Part shown: positions 1-16,612 of the stretch, one piece after another
Numbering within the stretch: position 1 is the stretch's first letter
How the letters are laid out: every line of letters begins with the position of its first letter
NCBI RefSeq assembly: GCF_009914755.1
Contig: NC_060941.1
Source: the human T2T-CHM13v2.0 reference genome, Homo sapiens
DNA length: 64,000 bases
Direction: 5' to 3' (one strand)
The notes under the pieces: generated by a model
Database searches by the model: none
What the model was told of the DNA's origin: nothing
The model's input: the letters and a program-made list of their open reading frames with translations, nothing else
Translations under genes and position numbers: made by a program

Positions 1-228
1 TGAGTGCTTACTGTGTGCGAGTCTTTGTGATAAGCACTTTGCTAATTAGGTCTAATCCTTCTCAAAACCTGGGCAGTAGGCAATATTTATCTTCTTTTTA
101 CAAAGGAGGAAGTTGCAACTTTGGTGCATAACTTGTCTCAGATTATACCGTTAATGGGTGCAGAGCTGGGATTTGAATCTAGTTTATTTAAACACTAAAG
201 TTCATGCTTCTTTTCTATACCACTGCTG
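1..228 (-). mobile_element. MIR SINE
   Basis: Antisense MIR pattern (tgagtgcttactgtgtg...ttttacaaaggaggaa...cagagctgggatttgaatctag). Confidence 0.7.
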
Positions 229-1219
229 TGTCCAAACAGTGAAAAATAGAAACACCCTTATTGTATAATATACAATTATACTATATTGTATATTATGCAT
301 ATAATTATGTCTTATAATTATATATAATAATTATAATAGTAAGGGGATAGCTTAAGTTATCAAATACTCACTTGATGTAATAGGTTGTGAGGAGATGGCA
401 GTACCATTAATGGAAAGATGCCTGTGACCCAGGAGGAGTGGATATAAATATATCTGGACTATGATTACAAATAAGTGCATGTGTTTGTGTATTTATGTGT
501 ATTTTGTTTTACCTTAAGTAAGAGTCTGCGTTAAGGAGAATTTCATGGAGTCCAGTTGCAGGAGGTATAGCTAGGCCTGGTAGGAGCTAAGTAAGGCATT
601 CTCTGACTCCCTCCCTCTTTCTTTATCTGGTCTATCCCCTCCCTTTGCAGGGTCCCTCATTCGGCTTTTCTCTGAGGGTCTTCTCTGCTTTCTGCTTTTC
701 TTGTGGACCAGGCTTTTTGCTCACTCATCAATCAACATGCACATAGTTTAAAAGACTCACCTTCTGTGACTTTCTTGCATCTATATGATGTGTAGTTGTT
801 CCAGTACCCACCATATTTTGGCTAAACTTTCTGGTCTGAGATGACATTCTCTGTCTTTCAGAAAAAAAGAGAAAAATGGGATAATGTGATGAGGAGTGGC
901 TGCCGGATTGGCTGGATCTGAGTCAGGTGTTCACCCCTGTGCATATGAGGCATTAACCCCATGGCTCACTACCCACTTGGAGGTGCTGTAGATCCAGCTT
1001 ATCTGGGTAGGGGTCACAGAAGGAACAGTCAAATGGCTGATGTCATACGCAGACTGAAAGGAAATGCATTAAGCAAATGAAAGGAACGAATATGGCTGGT
1101 TAGACTGATATTTAAATGAAGCTTTGTAGTGTTGTGACATGTGGCATTTTACATCATTCTTTTAATACAAACTCTGCATAAGGTTACATACTATTGATCA
1201 TGAAGAACTTGATTTTTAC

Positions 1220-1783
1220 TCCAGATATATCATTTAACCCAGCATTCCCATTACTGGGTATATACCCAAAGGAATATAAATCACTCTATTATGAAGATAC
1301 ATGCACAAGTGTGTTTATTGCAGCACTATTCACAATAGCAAAGACTTGGAACCAACCCAAATGCCCATCAATGATAGACTGGATAAAGAAAATGTGGCAC
1401 ATATACACCATGGAATAACTATGCAGCCATAAAAAGGAATGAGATCATGTCCTTTGCAGGGACATGAATGAAGCCGGAAACCATCATCCTCAGCAAACTA
1501 ACACAGAAACAGAAAACCAAACACCACATGTTCTCACTTATAAGTGGGAGCTGAACAATGAGAACGCATGGACACAGGGAGAGGAAAAACACACATCGGG
1601 GCCTATCGGGAGGGGTGGGGGAGGGAGAGCATCAGGACAAATAGCTAATGCATGTGGGGCTTAATACCTAGGTGATGGGTTGATGGGTGCAGCAAACCAC
1701 CATTGCACACGTTTACCTATGTAACAAACCTGCACGTTCTGCACATGTATCCTGGAACCTAAAATTAAAAAAAAAAAAAAAAA
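1220..1783 (+). mobile_element. L1 3' end (older L1PA-type), 5'-truncated, with poly(A)
   Basis: ORF2 C-terminus remnant (ORF 1194-1418: [34 protein letters not shown]), G-rich 3'UTR, poly(A) 1767-1782, degenerate TSD aagaacttgatttttac / aaggatcttggttattac. Confidence 0.95.
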
Positions 1784-2117
1784 GGATCTTGGTTATTACA
1801 GATGCATCTCCTTGGATTTGCTTATATTCTTTGTGAGGGGAAGAGACTCAGACCATATACACTATGATTTGTTCTGTTGCTGATTACTTTTATAACAAGA
1901 CCACTGGAACAGTAAAAAGGGCTACAATACCCTCTGGTGAACAAACTGAGGCAATGCTCTTGAACCAAGAGAACCAGAAAAGGCACATTGATGCTCTCTA
2001 ATGGTTAAGTGACAAGTACAAGCTTAATTGTCCAATGATGTGACAGTTGCCCAATGATATGTGGTACAAAGAGTCAGGGCAAGAGATATCAGGCAAAATC
2101 TAAAGACAAGACTTCAG

Positions 2118-2290
2118 AATCATGGAATATTACACATAGCAGGGACTTTGGAAATCAGCTAGCCCAACCACCTCATTTTATAGATGCAGCAATTATGACC
2201 GAGAGAGATTATGTAACTGGAAAGGCCAAGGTAGCGGTAAGCCAAGTGTGGAACACAGATCTTGTAAAACTCATGCCTGGGCTCTTGTTA
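2118..2290 (-). mobile_element. MIR/MIR3 fragment
   Basis: gggactttggaaatcagctagcccaaccacctcattttatagatg resembles the antisense MIR core. Confidence 0.5.
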
Positions 2291-2499
2291 GGATCTCAGT
2301 GCATCTTGAAGCTAAGTCAGACTTTGACTCTCTGGGGAGCCCTTATAGTCTTCCTATAAAGACAGAAACTAACTGCTGAGGCTTAAAGATATAAAACAAA
2401 CAAGAACACCAGGCATGGTGGAAATCAGGACCTCTGTTTATTCAGTCGGTCATCTGCTGATTGAGTGGGTCTGTTCAATCGTGCATGTAGCCATTCCTC

Positions 2500-2890
2500 T
2501 ATTTATTAATTCCTTGGACATGTATTAGCTGCTTCACTGTGTGGTTCACTGCTAGGCATGGAGAGTGTAAAGAGAGATGATTCCTACTTTCTAGAAACTC
2601 ACATTCTAATGGGGGACAGATGTCTCTGCCAATGTTTGTGATGTAATGATACCTCAAAGGGAAAGTGATTATTAACTGCTTGGATCTTGAAAGGTGAATG
2701 GGAGAATCAAGGATTGGGAGTGGACAGTCAAAGCAGATACAGCTTTGGTCTGTGGGGCAAGTGAAATGACACGAGTATCTAGAAAATTCTAAAGTTCTGT
2801 ATGGTTGGGATGTAGGGGTCACCTAGCAGACCCGTGAGAGATGAGATAGGAGAAATAGACAGGAGCCAGGGTACAGAAGGCCTTGCAGTT
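2500..2890 (-). mobile_element. L2 3' fragment
   Basis: Antisense L2 3'-end pattern (cactgctaggcatggagag...aaactcacattctaatggggga). Confidence 0.55.
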
Positions 2891-4211
2891 GAGGAGGCAT
2901 TGATTGCTTGACTTCAATATACTATGAAGTGCTGCCGAGAGAGGGTTTCTTCCAGCAGCTAGATTAGCATCATTTTGTATTTTAGACTCAACTATGCATC
3001 TATGTCCCTTAGCAACAGGTTTTTGTTAATATTCTGAGCTCAGAATGGAATGGATAGCCAAATTGGCTTTGAAGAGCTTTCCTCTGGCAAATCTACCCCT
3101 AAAAGATACCAACCTTTACAGAGAAGAGAGTTTGCATGGGTTGATTAGTACTGAATGTAGTTTTCTTTAACTACCATTTGATGACTCAACTCATAATGAC
3201 ATTTTGTTGGCATTTCTCCAACTTGCACTTGCCTCTGTTCAACAGGGCATGCCTTGAGGTCTGATTATACGGTTTTCATTCATACGACATGTCTCCCCCT
3301 CTGCTTTTTGTAACTTAACATTCCTGCCTGCCAAGAACGAGGGAGCTTGCTGGCTCTCCCCATTGGCCTCTTCCATGAGGTCATGTGAGTGCTGCTCACT
3401 CACATTTGAGTGCCTGCCACTCTGGAGGTTTTACAGAACAGAAAACTCAGCCTCTGTGTTCTAGAGCTGGAGCTTCTGGGCCTTTGGAAGTCAGTCTTAA
3501 TCTCTGAAACAGGAGAGTGCTCCAGGGTTCCAGAGTCTTACAAAAGTGCAGGAAAATGCACCAAGGTTATGATAAAATGCAAAGCCACACCTAACATGGG
3601 CTCTTCCAAATTTCATAAGCAGTTCACATTATTTTTTATTTTTCCACTTTCTTTTTTTTAATCTTGAAATTTCCAAAGTCTGTATCCACAGCCTTGCATA
3701 GTTCTTAGCAACAAACTTAGCAACAAATCAGAGAAAAAAATTAGTTATCTATATTTTTAACAAGATCTGTGATCTCCTCCACATCCTCTAACCGCCTTGG
3801 GCCTCAGTTTTTTTGTCTGTAACTGGACGGTCACTACATACTATTATTTAAAGAATTACCTAATTTGATTAAGAAAATCCATTAAGCCCAAAAAATGTGA
3901 ATACAGAGATAGGGTACAAAAGCAAAAGTGTAAAATTAAGACAGGTGAATGCTAGCAGATGAAATAACTCAAACATTTTACCTTTCCTGCACTCCAGTTG
4001 GGCTCAAGGATATCATCCATGCTTTTGTTTTTGGTTGAAGCTTGAAAAAATAAATGACTTAAACCATATTCTAATAGTAACCTGAATTTATATATAAAAC
4101 TGACCCATGTTTGTTTTCCAAAATGCATTTTTCCATTTTCACTCTGCTAGGAATAAAAGATAAACAATGGAGATAGAGGAAGAATGGCCTTTGAATAAGA
4201 ATTGTAAATGC

Positions 4212-4513
4212 GGCCAGGCGCCGTGGCTCAGCCTGTAATCCCAGCACTTTGGGAGTCTGAGGCAGGCGGATCATGAGGTCAGGATTTCGAGACCAACCTG
4301 GCCAATATGGTGAAACCCCGTCTCTACTAAAAATACAAAAATTAGCCAGGTGTGGTGGCACATGCCTGTAGTCCCAGCTACTCGAGAGGCTGAGGCGGGA
4401 GAATTGCTTGAACCCGGAGGTGGAGGTGGTTTTGAGCCGAGATCGTGCCATTGCACTCCTGCCTGGGTGACAGAGTGAGATCCTGTCTCAAAAAAAAAAA
4501 AAAAAAGAAAAGA
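4212..4513 (+). mobile_element. Alu (AluSg-like)
   Basis: Full dimer, ggatcatgaggtcagga-type 2-bp deletion, poly(A), TSD aagaattgtaaatg (4197-4210) / aagagttgtaaatg (4514-4527). Confidence 0.97.
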
Positions 4514-4630
4514 AAGAGTTGTAAATGGTAGAATGTAAAATTAAGAAAGGTTGTGAAGTTTTCAAGGAAAGAACAGCATTGGCTTTGTGAGTTGGTTTAG
4601 ATCTGATGTTAGTAAAAGTTAAAAAAAAAA

Positions 4631-4923
4631 TTTTCTTTTCTTTTTTAGACAGAGTCTTGCTCTGTCGCCCAGGCTGGAGTGCAGTGGCGTGATCTCGGCT
4701 CACTGCAACCTCCACCAGGTTCAAGTGATTCTCCCGCCTAAGCCTCCTGAGTAGCTGGGATTATAGGCACCCGCCACCATGCCTGGCTAATTTTTATATT
4801 TTTAGTAGAGATGGGGTTTCGCCATGTTGGCTAGGCTGGTCTCGAACTTTTGACTTCGGGTGATCTGCCCTCTGTGGCCTCCCAAAGTGCTGGGATTACA
4901 GGCGTGAGCCACTGTGCCCAGCC
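4631..4923 (-). mobile_element. Alu (AluS)
   Basis: Antisense Alu dimer with T tail. Confidence 0.97.
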
Positions 4924-5664
4924 GAAAAAACAATAATTTCAAATATGTTCCAATCATTTGGAATCGATTTAAAATAAAAAAAAAAAACAAATGTGCTGCC
5001 AGCATTAGATTGTTAGACTGCAAACAACACTTTAAAAGAAGTGAACAGCTGTCACACTTCTCTGTCCTCTGTAGAGATTTAGCTTTGGAAAGATAACAAG
5101 TTTGTAAATTAACAGATCTCATCTAAATTCCATCCTTTTCCCGGAGCTTCTGCTATCCTAATCCCTCACCCTCCAAGAGCACAGCCCTTTGATTTACGTG
5201 ATCCAAAGAACTTTTACTTCCTTTCGCTCACTGCTGGATATGCTAATAGGTAGGGTTAAATGAAAATTGATAAAAAAAATACTATAATTATTTTTGTTTT
5301 ATAATAGTGATTGTACAGTAAATATTTTTTATATAGTTTTACAAAAATACCTATATGGGAGTTTGTGCTTTGGTTATTTAAACCTTGGAAAGAATTTTAA
5401 GAATTTTAAGAATTTTCTATCTTGTTTACAATGTTTTATCCTCAGATTCAGGCTCGGTGCCTGGCACGTAGTAGGTGGTCAACAAGTACCTTTAGAATAA
5501 ATAAATTATTTTTATCAGTATCCAGGGCGAGCCTTATGCAAACTTATAAAGTGGACTAAGTTGGTTTTTGCTAAATTCATCTTCCCTTTTCTAGTCTTTC
5601 CTCTTCCTTCTTCTCATAGGAGAATATCTTGTCACACCTGCAGAATCCTCATGTGTCCTCTATA

Positions 5665-6501
<837 letters not shown>

Positions 6502-6513
6502 TATATGTATATA

Positions 6514-6918
6514 TTTTTATTGTGGTTAAACACACATAATGCAAAATTCACCATTTTAATGATTTTAGAGTATACAATTCAGTGGCCTTTTGTTTATTCA
6601 CAAGGTTGTGCAATCATCACCACTATCTAATTCCAAAACACTATCATCATCACAGAAGGAAGCCCTGTACTTATTAAGGTGTTGCTCTTCAACCCTTCTT
6701 CCTGCAGTCCCTGGAAGCCGCTAATCTACTTTCTGCCTCTTTGGATTCACCTATTCTAGATATTCCTATAAATGGAATTATACAATGTATGGCCTTTTGT
6801 GTGTGACTTCTGCCACTTGGCAAAAAGTCTTCAAGGTTCATCCATGTTGTAGCATGTATCAGTGGTTCATCCCTTTTATAGCTGAATAATAATTCTGTTG
6901 CATTGCTTTACCACATTC
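6514..6918 (-). mobile_element. L1MB-type 3' end
   Basis: tttttattgtggttaaa...caatcatcaccactatctaattccaaaac...ttcaaggttcatccatgttgtagcatg. Confidence 0.85.
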
Positions 6919-7289
6919 TTCTCTTTATATTTCCTATGAAAACCTAGTATCTGGAGAGCCGCTGAAAAAGTAGCCAATAAATTACACGTAAGTGTAGCTA
7001 ATAGAAAGTGAGTTGAGAACTCATCCAGGGGAATGTGTGTTGCTCCTGTGGTGGAATCTCAGGGATGAGGAAACCTTTCCGAGGGGGACAGGAGACTTTC
7101 TGGTGCCACATGAATGGCTGACTTGTTGTAAAGCTAAGTCTACCAATAGCTATGGGACTGGAAAAAGCATTGCATTGAGTAGATGGACACACAGGTTTTG
7201 ATTCTGGTTTAGATGTAACTAATTGGGTTGCCTGCATTTCCATGGGTCCAATGTTTCTGCTTGTTGTTTTGGTTACCTTGGGTTTGGCT

Positions 7290-7470
7290 TTCTATCAGGC
7301 CTTCTGCTAAGCTCATTTACATGCATTATCTCATTTAATTCTTCACAAAAAATTATATGGAAGTCATAGAAGACTAAATACAATAGCTGAAGTTTTACTT
7401 TCAGTGAATTGTGAGGGAGAGATTCAAACTCATATCTGACTCTCTTTAGCCTGAGCTCATAATCACTATA
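7290..7470 (-). mobile_element. MIR
   Basis: catgcattatctcatttaattcttcac...gattcaaactcatatctgactc. Confidence 0.65.
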
Positions 7471-7475
7471 TGGTA

Positions 7476-8070
7476 GGAGCTGGCAAACTATGAATCTCTG
7501 CATTTTTTTGTACATCCTCTGAGCTAAAATTGTTGATACTTTTATTTTTTTTCTTTTTAAGATGTGGTTTTGCTCTGTCACCCAGGCTGTAATGCAGTGG
7601 CACCATCTTGGCTCACTTGGCCTCCCAGGCTCAAGCCATCCTACCACCTCAGCCTCCCAAGTAGCTGGGACTACAGGTGCACCACCACACTGGACTAATT
7701 TTTATTTTATTTTATTTTTGTAGAAATGGGGTCTTACTATGCTGCCCAGGCTGATATTGAACTCCTCGGCTCAAGAGGTCTTTCCACCTTAGCCTCCCAA
7801 AGTGCTGGGATTGCAGGCATGAGCCACCGCGCCCAGCTGGTACATTTTAAAATGCTTTACACGAGTCAAAAGAATATTTTATGAACCTGAAAATTACATG
7901 GAGTTTAAGTTTCAGTGTCTATAAATAAAGTTTTATTGGAACACAGCCCTACTTGCATAGCTCTGTGTTTGTACTGCAATGATAGAGTTGAGTTATTGGC
8001 ACAGAAACTCTTTGGTTCAAAAGCTCTAAATATTTACTATCTGGCCCTTTAAAGAACATATTTGCTGGTT
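7476..8070. mobile_element. MER58B-like hAT-Charlie DNA transposon, split by AluJ
   Basis: ggcaaactatg start; taaataaagttttattggaacacagcc and aaatatttactatctggccctttaaaga motifs. Confidence 0.75.
7539..7838 (-). mobile_element. Alu (AluJ)
   Basis: Antisense dimer with J diagnostics (ggctcaagccatcctaccacc). Confidence 0.93.
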
Positions 8071-8379
8071 ATCATTCATAAAATGGAGGCAGAGAAAGAA
8101 TTAAGTCATTCCTCAGGTCCCTTTCAACTTAAATGTTCTGAGAATTGCAGAGAAAATTGCTTACATCTTCTGTTTTCCTATGAGGTCTCCATCTCTCCCT
8201 GCCCTCTCTCATTCTCAACAGTTGAGTTTGCCTCTTTTCTTAAAAAGATTGAGTCTATCTAAAATAGATGCCTCATCTCCAGTCATACATCCATATGCTG
8301 ACTTCCCATCTCTCTCTCTGTATGTGTCCTTTCATCAATTCTCGATTTCCTCTATTCTGAGAAATAACAATATTACCAT

Positions 8380-8580
8380 TTATTAGATGCCTGAGATTTC
8401 TAGCATTCTACAGAGTTGTGAAGAAGGTTCAGAGATGATAAATGTAAGGTCAGGCTTATTATTTCCATTTCTGGGGTGAGGGAGTTGAAGGTTGAGGAGG
8501 TCAAATTGCTTTTCTAGGTTGTGTCAATTAGTAAGTTGTGGTGCCAGAGTTTGAACACGTCTTTCTGATCAAAGGGACTT
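8380..8580 (-). mobile_element. MIR
   Basis: Degenerate antisense MIR (gagtttgaacacgtctttctgatc). Confidence 0.45.
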
Positions 8581-8799
8581 TACTTCTCTTGTCTGATGTT
8601 ATCTTTGCTCTCTGTGCACCAAAAGCCATCTCCTCCACACCACACTCCACCCTGTTCTTCTGTGTATGCCCTCTTGATTTCTTCCCTTCTTTTTCTAATC
8701 ATTTCTTTTGGTATTAAGTTTGCCTCCTGAGAACAACATTCCCTTAGGCCAGCTCGTCTTCTAGCTAAAATAGCTACTTTAGCTGCTAAGAATAGGAAT

Positions 8800-9010
8800 A
8801 GCATTTCTTGAGCCATTACATTCACACACCAGACACTGTGCTAAATACTGTATAAGTGTTGTCTCATTTAAATTTCATAATAGTTTTACGAAGTTGCTAC
8901 TATTATTACCATTAAAAAGGGGGAAACCAAGCCTTGGAAAGGGTAAGAAATTATCCAAGGGCATATAGTTGGAAAGAATCTGAATAGAGACTTGAACCCT
9001 CTGTACTTTC
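8800..9010 (-). mobile_element. MIR, interrupted by Alu
   Basis: ccagacactgtgctaaatac...ggaaaccaagccttggaaagggtaagaaattatccaagg. Confidence 0.7.
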
Positions 9011-11030
<2,020 letters not shown>

Positions 11031-11528
11031 TAACTTTCTTCTGGACATTTTCTTTGATTTGTGCTATCTGTACTTATTGAAAATCCATTTAGTTACCTTT
11101 TTATAAACACAGTGCTATTCTTACTTTCCTGTTAGTTTGATTATTCCTTCTGTTACCTCGACTCCTTCTTCATCTTTTACCTTCCAAATGTGGACGCTTC
11201 CCAGAGTGGCTTTTCTCTTGAGGTATGCTGTTGCTCTAAGAGCACTTCACTGTTTCCAGACCTCTGGATTTTACCTCTCATGATGGCAACTTCCAGATCT
11301 TGCTCCCTAGATCTTGCCTCTCCTTGGATCCTTAATCCTGATGGTCTCCCTCCTTGAAAGACACTTCTGACTTCATCTGCCACCACTTCATACTTGATAA
11401 CTATCACAAAAAAATGCAGTTGTTTTGCTTTCTTTATCCCAATTTTGTTTCCTTCTCAATTTCCCAACCTCTGTCCATAATAGCATTGTTTTCATAAGCC
11501 TGTGGACATTAAATCATCTGGTTTCTTT

Positions 11529-11631
11529 CTTTTCATTCACAATATATATCACACAGTGAACCACAGGGATGGAAGGGGGAAATCCAAAAGTAACTAAATT
11601 GCAGTTCAATGGTACAGAAAGACAAACCTAG
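11529..11631. repeat. Left arm of ~103-bp inverted duplication
   Basis: Reverse complement aligns to 13097-13200 with 5 substitutions and 1 indel (hand alignment). Confidence 0.95.
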
Positions 11632-11689
11632 TTCCCTTTGTCCCTTTGTCTTTCAACATGCATTACCTAAGGTGTGTATTTAGGGCAAA

Positions 11690-11895
11690 AAGCACAAGTT
11701 AAATCTGGTTCTGCCAATTGTAAGCTGTGTAACCTTGAATACTTGACTTAACTTCAGTAATCTCAGTTTCCCCATCTGTAAAGTGGGGATGATGATAATA
11801 GCAACTGCAGAGGTTTGATTCAAGGATGCAATAAGTTTATTTATATGTAATACCTAAACATATCTGGCATCTAATAGAGATTCAATAATTATAGC
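11690..11895 (+). mobile_element. MIR
   Basis: gctgtgtaaccttgaatacttgacttaacttcagtaatctcagtttccccatctgtaaagtgggga MIR core. Confidence 0.8.
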
Positions 11896-13096
11896 TCTTG
11901 GTCTTCTATTAATATAAAACAGTATTTTCCATCCTATTGCTCAGTCCCAAACCCCAGAATTTTCCTGCTTGATTTTCCAAGGTGTTTTATTGTCTCTTCC
12001 CACCCAGACCATCCAGTTTATATTCAGCTTGTTTTTCACACCCAAACATGCATTCTTTCCTCTAGTCAGCCTCTTATCTTTATTTACCTTGAATTTATTG
12101 TACCTCTCTCATACCTTATGTTTATTCTTAGAATGTCCATTTCCCCTCCTTCCCCTTCAAATCCCATCCATGCATTTGTCAGGCCTCAGCACAAGTGCTG
12201 GAGTCTTCTGTGGCTGTTCCCTTCTGTCCTGATCTCTTCCTCTGTGAACTTCCTTTGAACTTGGAGTAACCAAGCAATAGACCATGGCAGTGTAAGGCGC
12301 CATGGAGGCTGTGTAGTTCTTCCCATTTGGCCAGGTTACAAGCTTCAGGAAGGTTATCCGACCTGTTTGTGGTAGTGTTAGACCCTGCCCTCTCTACGTC
12401 ATATAAAATATTCTCTGAATCCTATACACTTTGTTATATTATTGACCATTCAGTTGATAAAAATCTGAGCGGTTATTCTACAGTAGTTCTCTGAGGTAGT
12501 TACTGAAGAAAGAAAGATGGGTAAGGACCAGTTTTATGTACTTGCATGAAGTTTGTGCCCTAGGTGCCACACTTGTCTTACCCTAATCCTTGCCCTAGTA
12601 AGACTTTCACTTGTCTTGGGAGCTCATCACTGGGGTTTAGGGTAAAGGGGTTGACTGACACTCTCAAAACCGAGGGAAGCACAGTGGCCACAGTAGAGAT
12701 TCCGATAATGCAGAGAAAGTAGTGATAAGTTGGTAGGGGGAGAGGTGGAATTAAGAAAGATTCACAAAGGAAGGGGTTGTTGAGCTGTATTTTGAAGGAT
12801 AAGAGTTCTCCAGAAAGAGGAATGCATTTTAGTCACAGTGATAGGCCTGGGAAAAGCAAAGGAGGCATAAACATGTCCTGTGTGGGGTATCAGTTTGTTG
12901 CTACAACTGGGATGTGTCTGGGTGTATTGTCCTTAGGATATTGAAGGACAAGAGATGATGAAGGGAATGACCAAAACTAGATTTTTAAAGATTATTTCAC
13001 TAAAAAGTCCATGCTCTTCTTCTAACATCCCATTCTGCTTCCATATAAAAGGTCTGAGTAGGGTTGGTCCTAAAATATTTTAGATGATCTAATCTC

Positions 13097-13200
13097 CTAG
13101 GTTTGTCTTTCTGTACCATTGAACTACAATTTGGTTACTTTTGGGATTCCCCCCTTTCATCCCTGTGGTTCACTGTGTGATATATATTGTGAATGGAAAG
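13097..13200. repeat. Right arm of ~103-bp inverted duplication
   Basis: Reverse complement of 11529-11631. Confidence 0.95.
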
Positions 13201-13867
13201 GTTGAATGGAGTCAGGAGGTTTAGTGGCACCTCACTGGGAGGTTTTAGGATAGAGCAGGGTACTCTGCTGGTCCTGGTTGATTTCTTGGCCTTGAGGATG
13301 ATTTCTGGGTCAATGAGTTTTTTGTTAAAAGAAACGAATTCTTACCAATTTTGGCAAGAAAAAGAATCCATCAAAAGAATTTGGTGTAGCTCACTCCACA
13401 GGGCCAGAGAACTAGAATCAGAAGCAATCCAGCTGGAGTGAAGCCCCGAAACATATCGAAGGAAGGGGTCTGGTGCAATATAACACAGCTACCACCAGTT
13501 CACCAAACTGCTGCCAATAAAGCCTCCCCAACCGGATGGAGCTGCTGCTATCATTGTCAAGTCCCAAAATGGATCCTTTGCAGTCTCTCCATGTCTGCAT
13601 CACTGGGGACTGATTCTGAGGTTTCAGTGGTTGCCCAGGGCCCACACTTTAGCTGCAATGAATGCTGGGAGATGAGTATCCAGCACTTTAAGCTTCTATA
13701 AGGGATAGCAGACTCTGCCTCAAGAGGTGGAAGAGTCACCAAACATAAAAGGGAATGAAGATGGCAAATGCATGACAAACGTCCACTGAACTCTCCAAGT
13801 TGGCTGTTGCATACATGCCACTAACTTTCATTTACTGGAGACTTACTGGAAATCCAAAGCACATTTT

Positions 13868-14217
<350 letters not shown>

Positions 14218-15439
14218 TAGAGGAAGGAAACTTGACTCAGGGAAGTTAAGCAGTGGAGAGAAAACTCTTGGGTCTTAGATTACTTCCTGACCTCAAAAGC
14301 AAAAGGGCTGGCTCAGCCTTAGCTAAGTCTGTCTGTCAGTAAGCTAATTCTGGTTCATTTAACAAAAGTGAAATTGTAAATGTGGACAGCCCTGCCTTGA
14401 TTTGTGAACAATTTTCAGAAATCAAAGATCAAATCATGGATAAATGTTGTTTGGTTCATATTAAAAAGTTAACAAAGAAGAATACATATTTTTCTTGTTT
14501 TGTAGATGGGAAAACTTCTGCATATTTAAAGGAAGTAACGTGTTTTGGGCTTACATGACTACCAGTTGGTGAACCCAAGGCTAGGACCGAATCTCTCCAT
14601 TTTTTTTTTAAATATTCTTCTCACTGAACCATGAGTATTTCCCTATAAGAATTCTCTTTGGGTAACAATGAATTGTTTCTAAAGCCTGCGTCATTAAGAA
14701 TACTAAAAGAGCTCCTGATTTATGTGTAATAATTGGGTTGACAGGACATACACACTACCTTTATTTCTCATTAATAGTTATTTAGATGAGAGATATGGTG
14801 CATTTCTCTAATCTGGCTTGGAAAAGTAAAGCTTGTGCAGGTCTCTTTTTCTTATTTTGAGATATTTATACTATCAGCTTCAGTTTCAAATGCATCAATC
14901 TTAGGTTTAGTTCCAATTTACTTCAATTTATTAAAATATGTATTGAACACTGCATAAGAAATCAAATGGGTACACATACACCTAAGGAGTTAAGGGTTTT
15001 AAGCAAGAAAAGAAGTGCTTATTTTTTACCCTGCAATAAAGGTATTTTGGGTATGCAGCATGTTGTTTTACCAGCTGCTACCTTAGCGTTATATTTACTT
15101 TTATTGCTGTAGTCTCTTCTGGTGATTAATAGACACCAGGATGGGGGAGGGTGGATCTATCATTTGGCCTAAGAATATCAAGAATCAAGCCAATAATTGA
15201 CAGTTTTCCATTAAGCAACAGAACTCTAGCATTCTGCTAGGGAATGGGAACACAATACAAGGATACAGCCTGGATTTACATTAGTCAACAAGCTTTTTGA
15301 GTGACACACAGAAAGCCTAAGCTATACTAAATGTTAAGAGATTGAATTGCTGGATTAAGAATCATGTTACTCAGGCTAAATCAGAAGTAGGACTGGCTGA
15401 GCTAAGCCATTTTCTGTACCTCAGTTTCTCCACCAATGT

Positions 15440-15650
15440 TGATAGATATTTACTGTATTCCAGAGCTCTCATGTGTATCAGCTCATTGCTCCTTCACTAC
15501 TAACCTATTAGGTATGTGTTGTTTCTTCCTTTCACAGGTGAGGAAACCAAAGTTCAGGGAGGTTAAGTAATTTTCTCTGAAGTCACAGAAGTAGTTAATT
15601 GCAGAGTCGGGATGCCAACTTCGATCAGGGGCACTCTAGAGCCACTCAGT
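15440..15650 (-). mobile_element. MIR carrying a composite splice-site motif
   Basis: ttcacaggtgaggaaaccaaagttcagggaggttaagtaattttctctgaagtcacag matches the antisense MIR core. Confidence 0.75.
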
Positions 15651-15856
15651 CTCATTGCTTCTGCTTACCCTGCCTTTTGGGTATCATTTGAGTACCCCCC
15701 ACAGACGCCAAAGTACATGCACGAACGCCTCCTCCACCCTTTTACAATTGCTGTGCTTTGAGCTTATTGCAGAATGGGTACTGGAAAACACAATTGCTAG
15801 ACTTAAGAATAAGGTTTTTTTTTTTTTTAAAGGTATTGAATTATGCAATTATCTGA

Positions 15857-16612
<756 letters not shown>

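Noticed and set aside
262-336. AT-rich hairpins (tgtataatatacaat / attgtatattatgca; ttataattat / ataattataa)
   Set aside because: Short, low-complexity palindromes are common in AT-rich DNA.
1607-1630. G-quadruplex-like G runs
   Set aside because: Standard G-rich tract of the L1 3'UTR.
11529-13200. Inverted arms as TIRs of a novel DNA transposon
   Set aside because: No TSD or canonical TIR ends, and the interior holds MIR/L2-like sequence much older than the 94% arm identity implies; kept instead as an inverted duplication.
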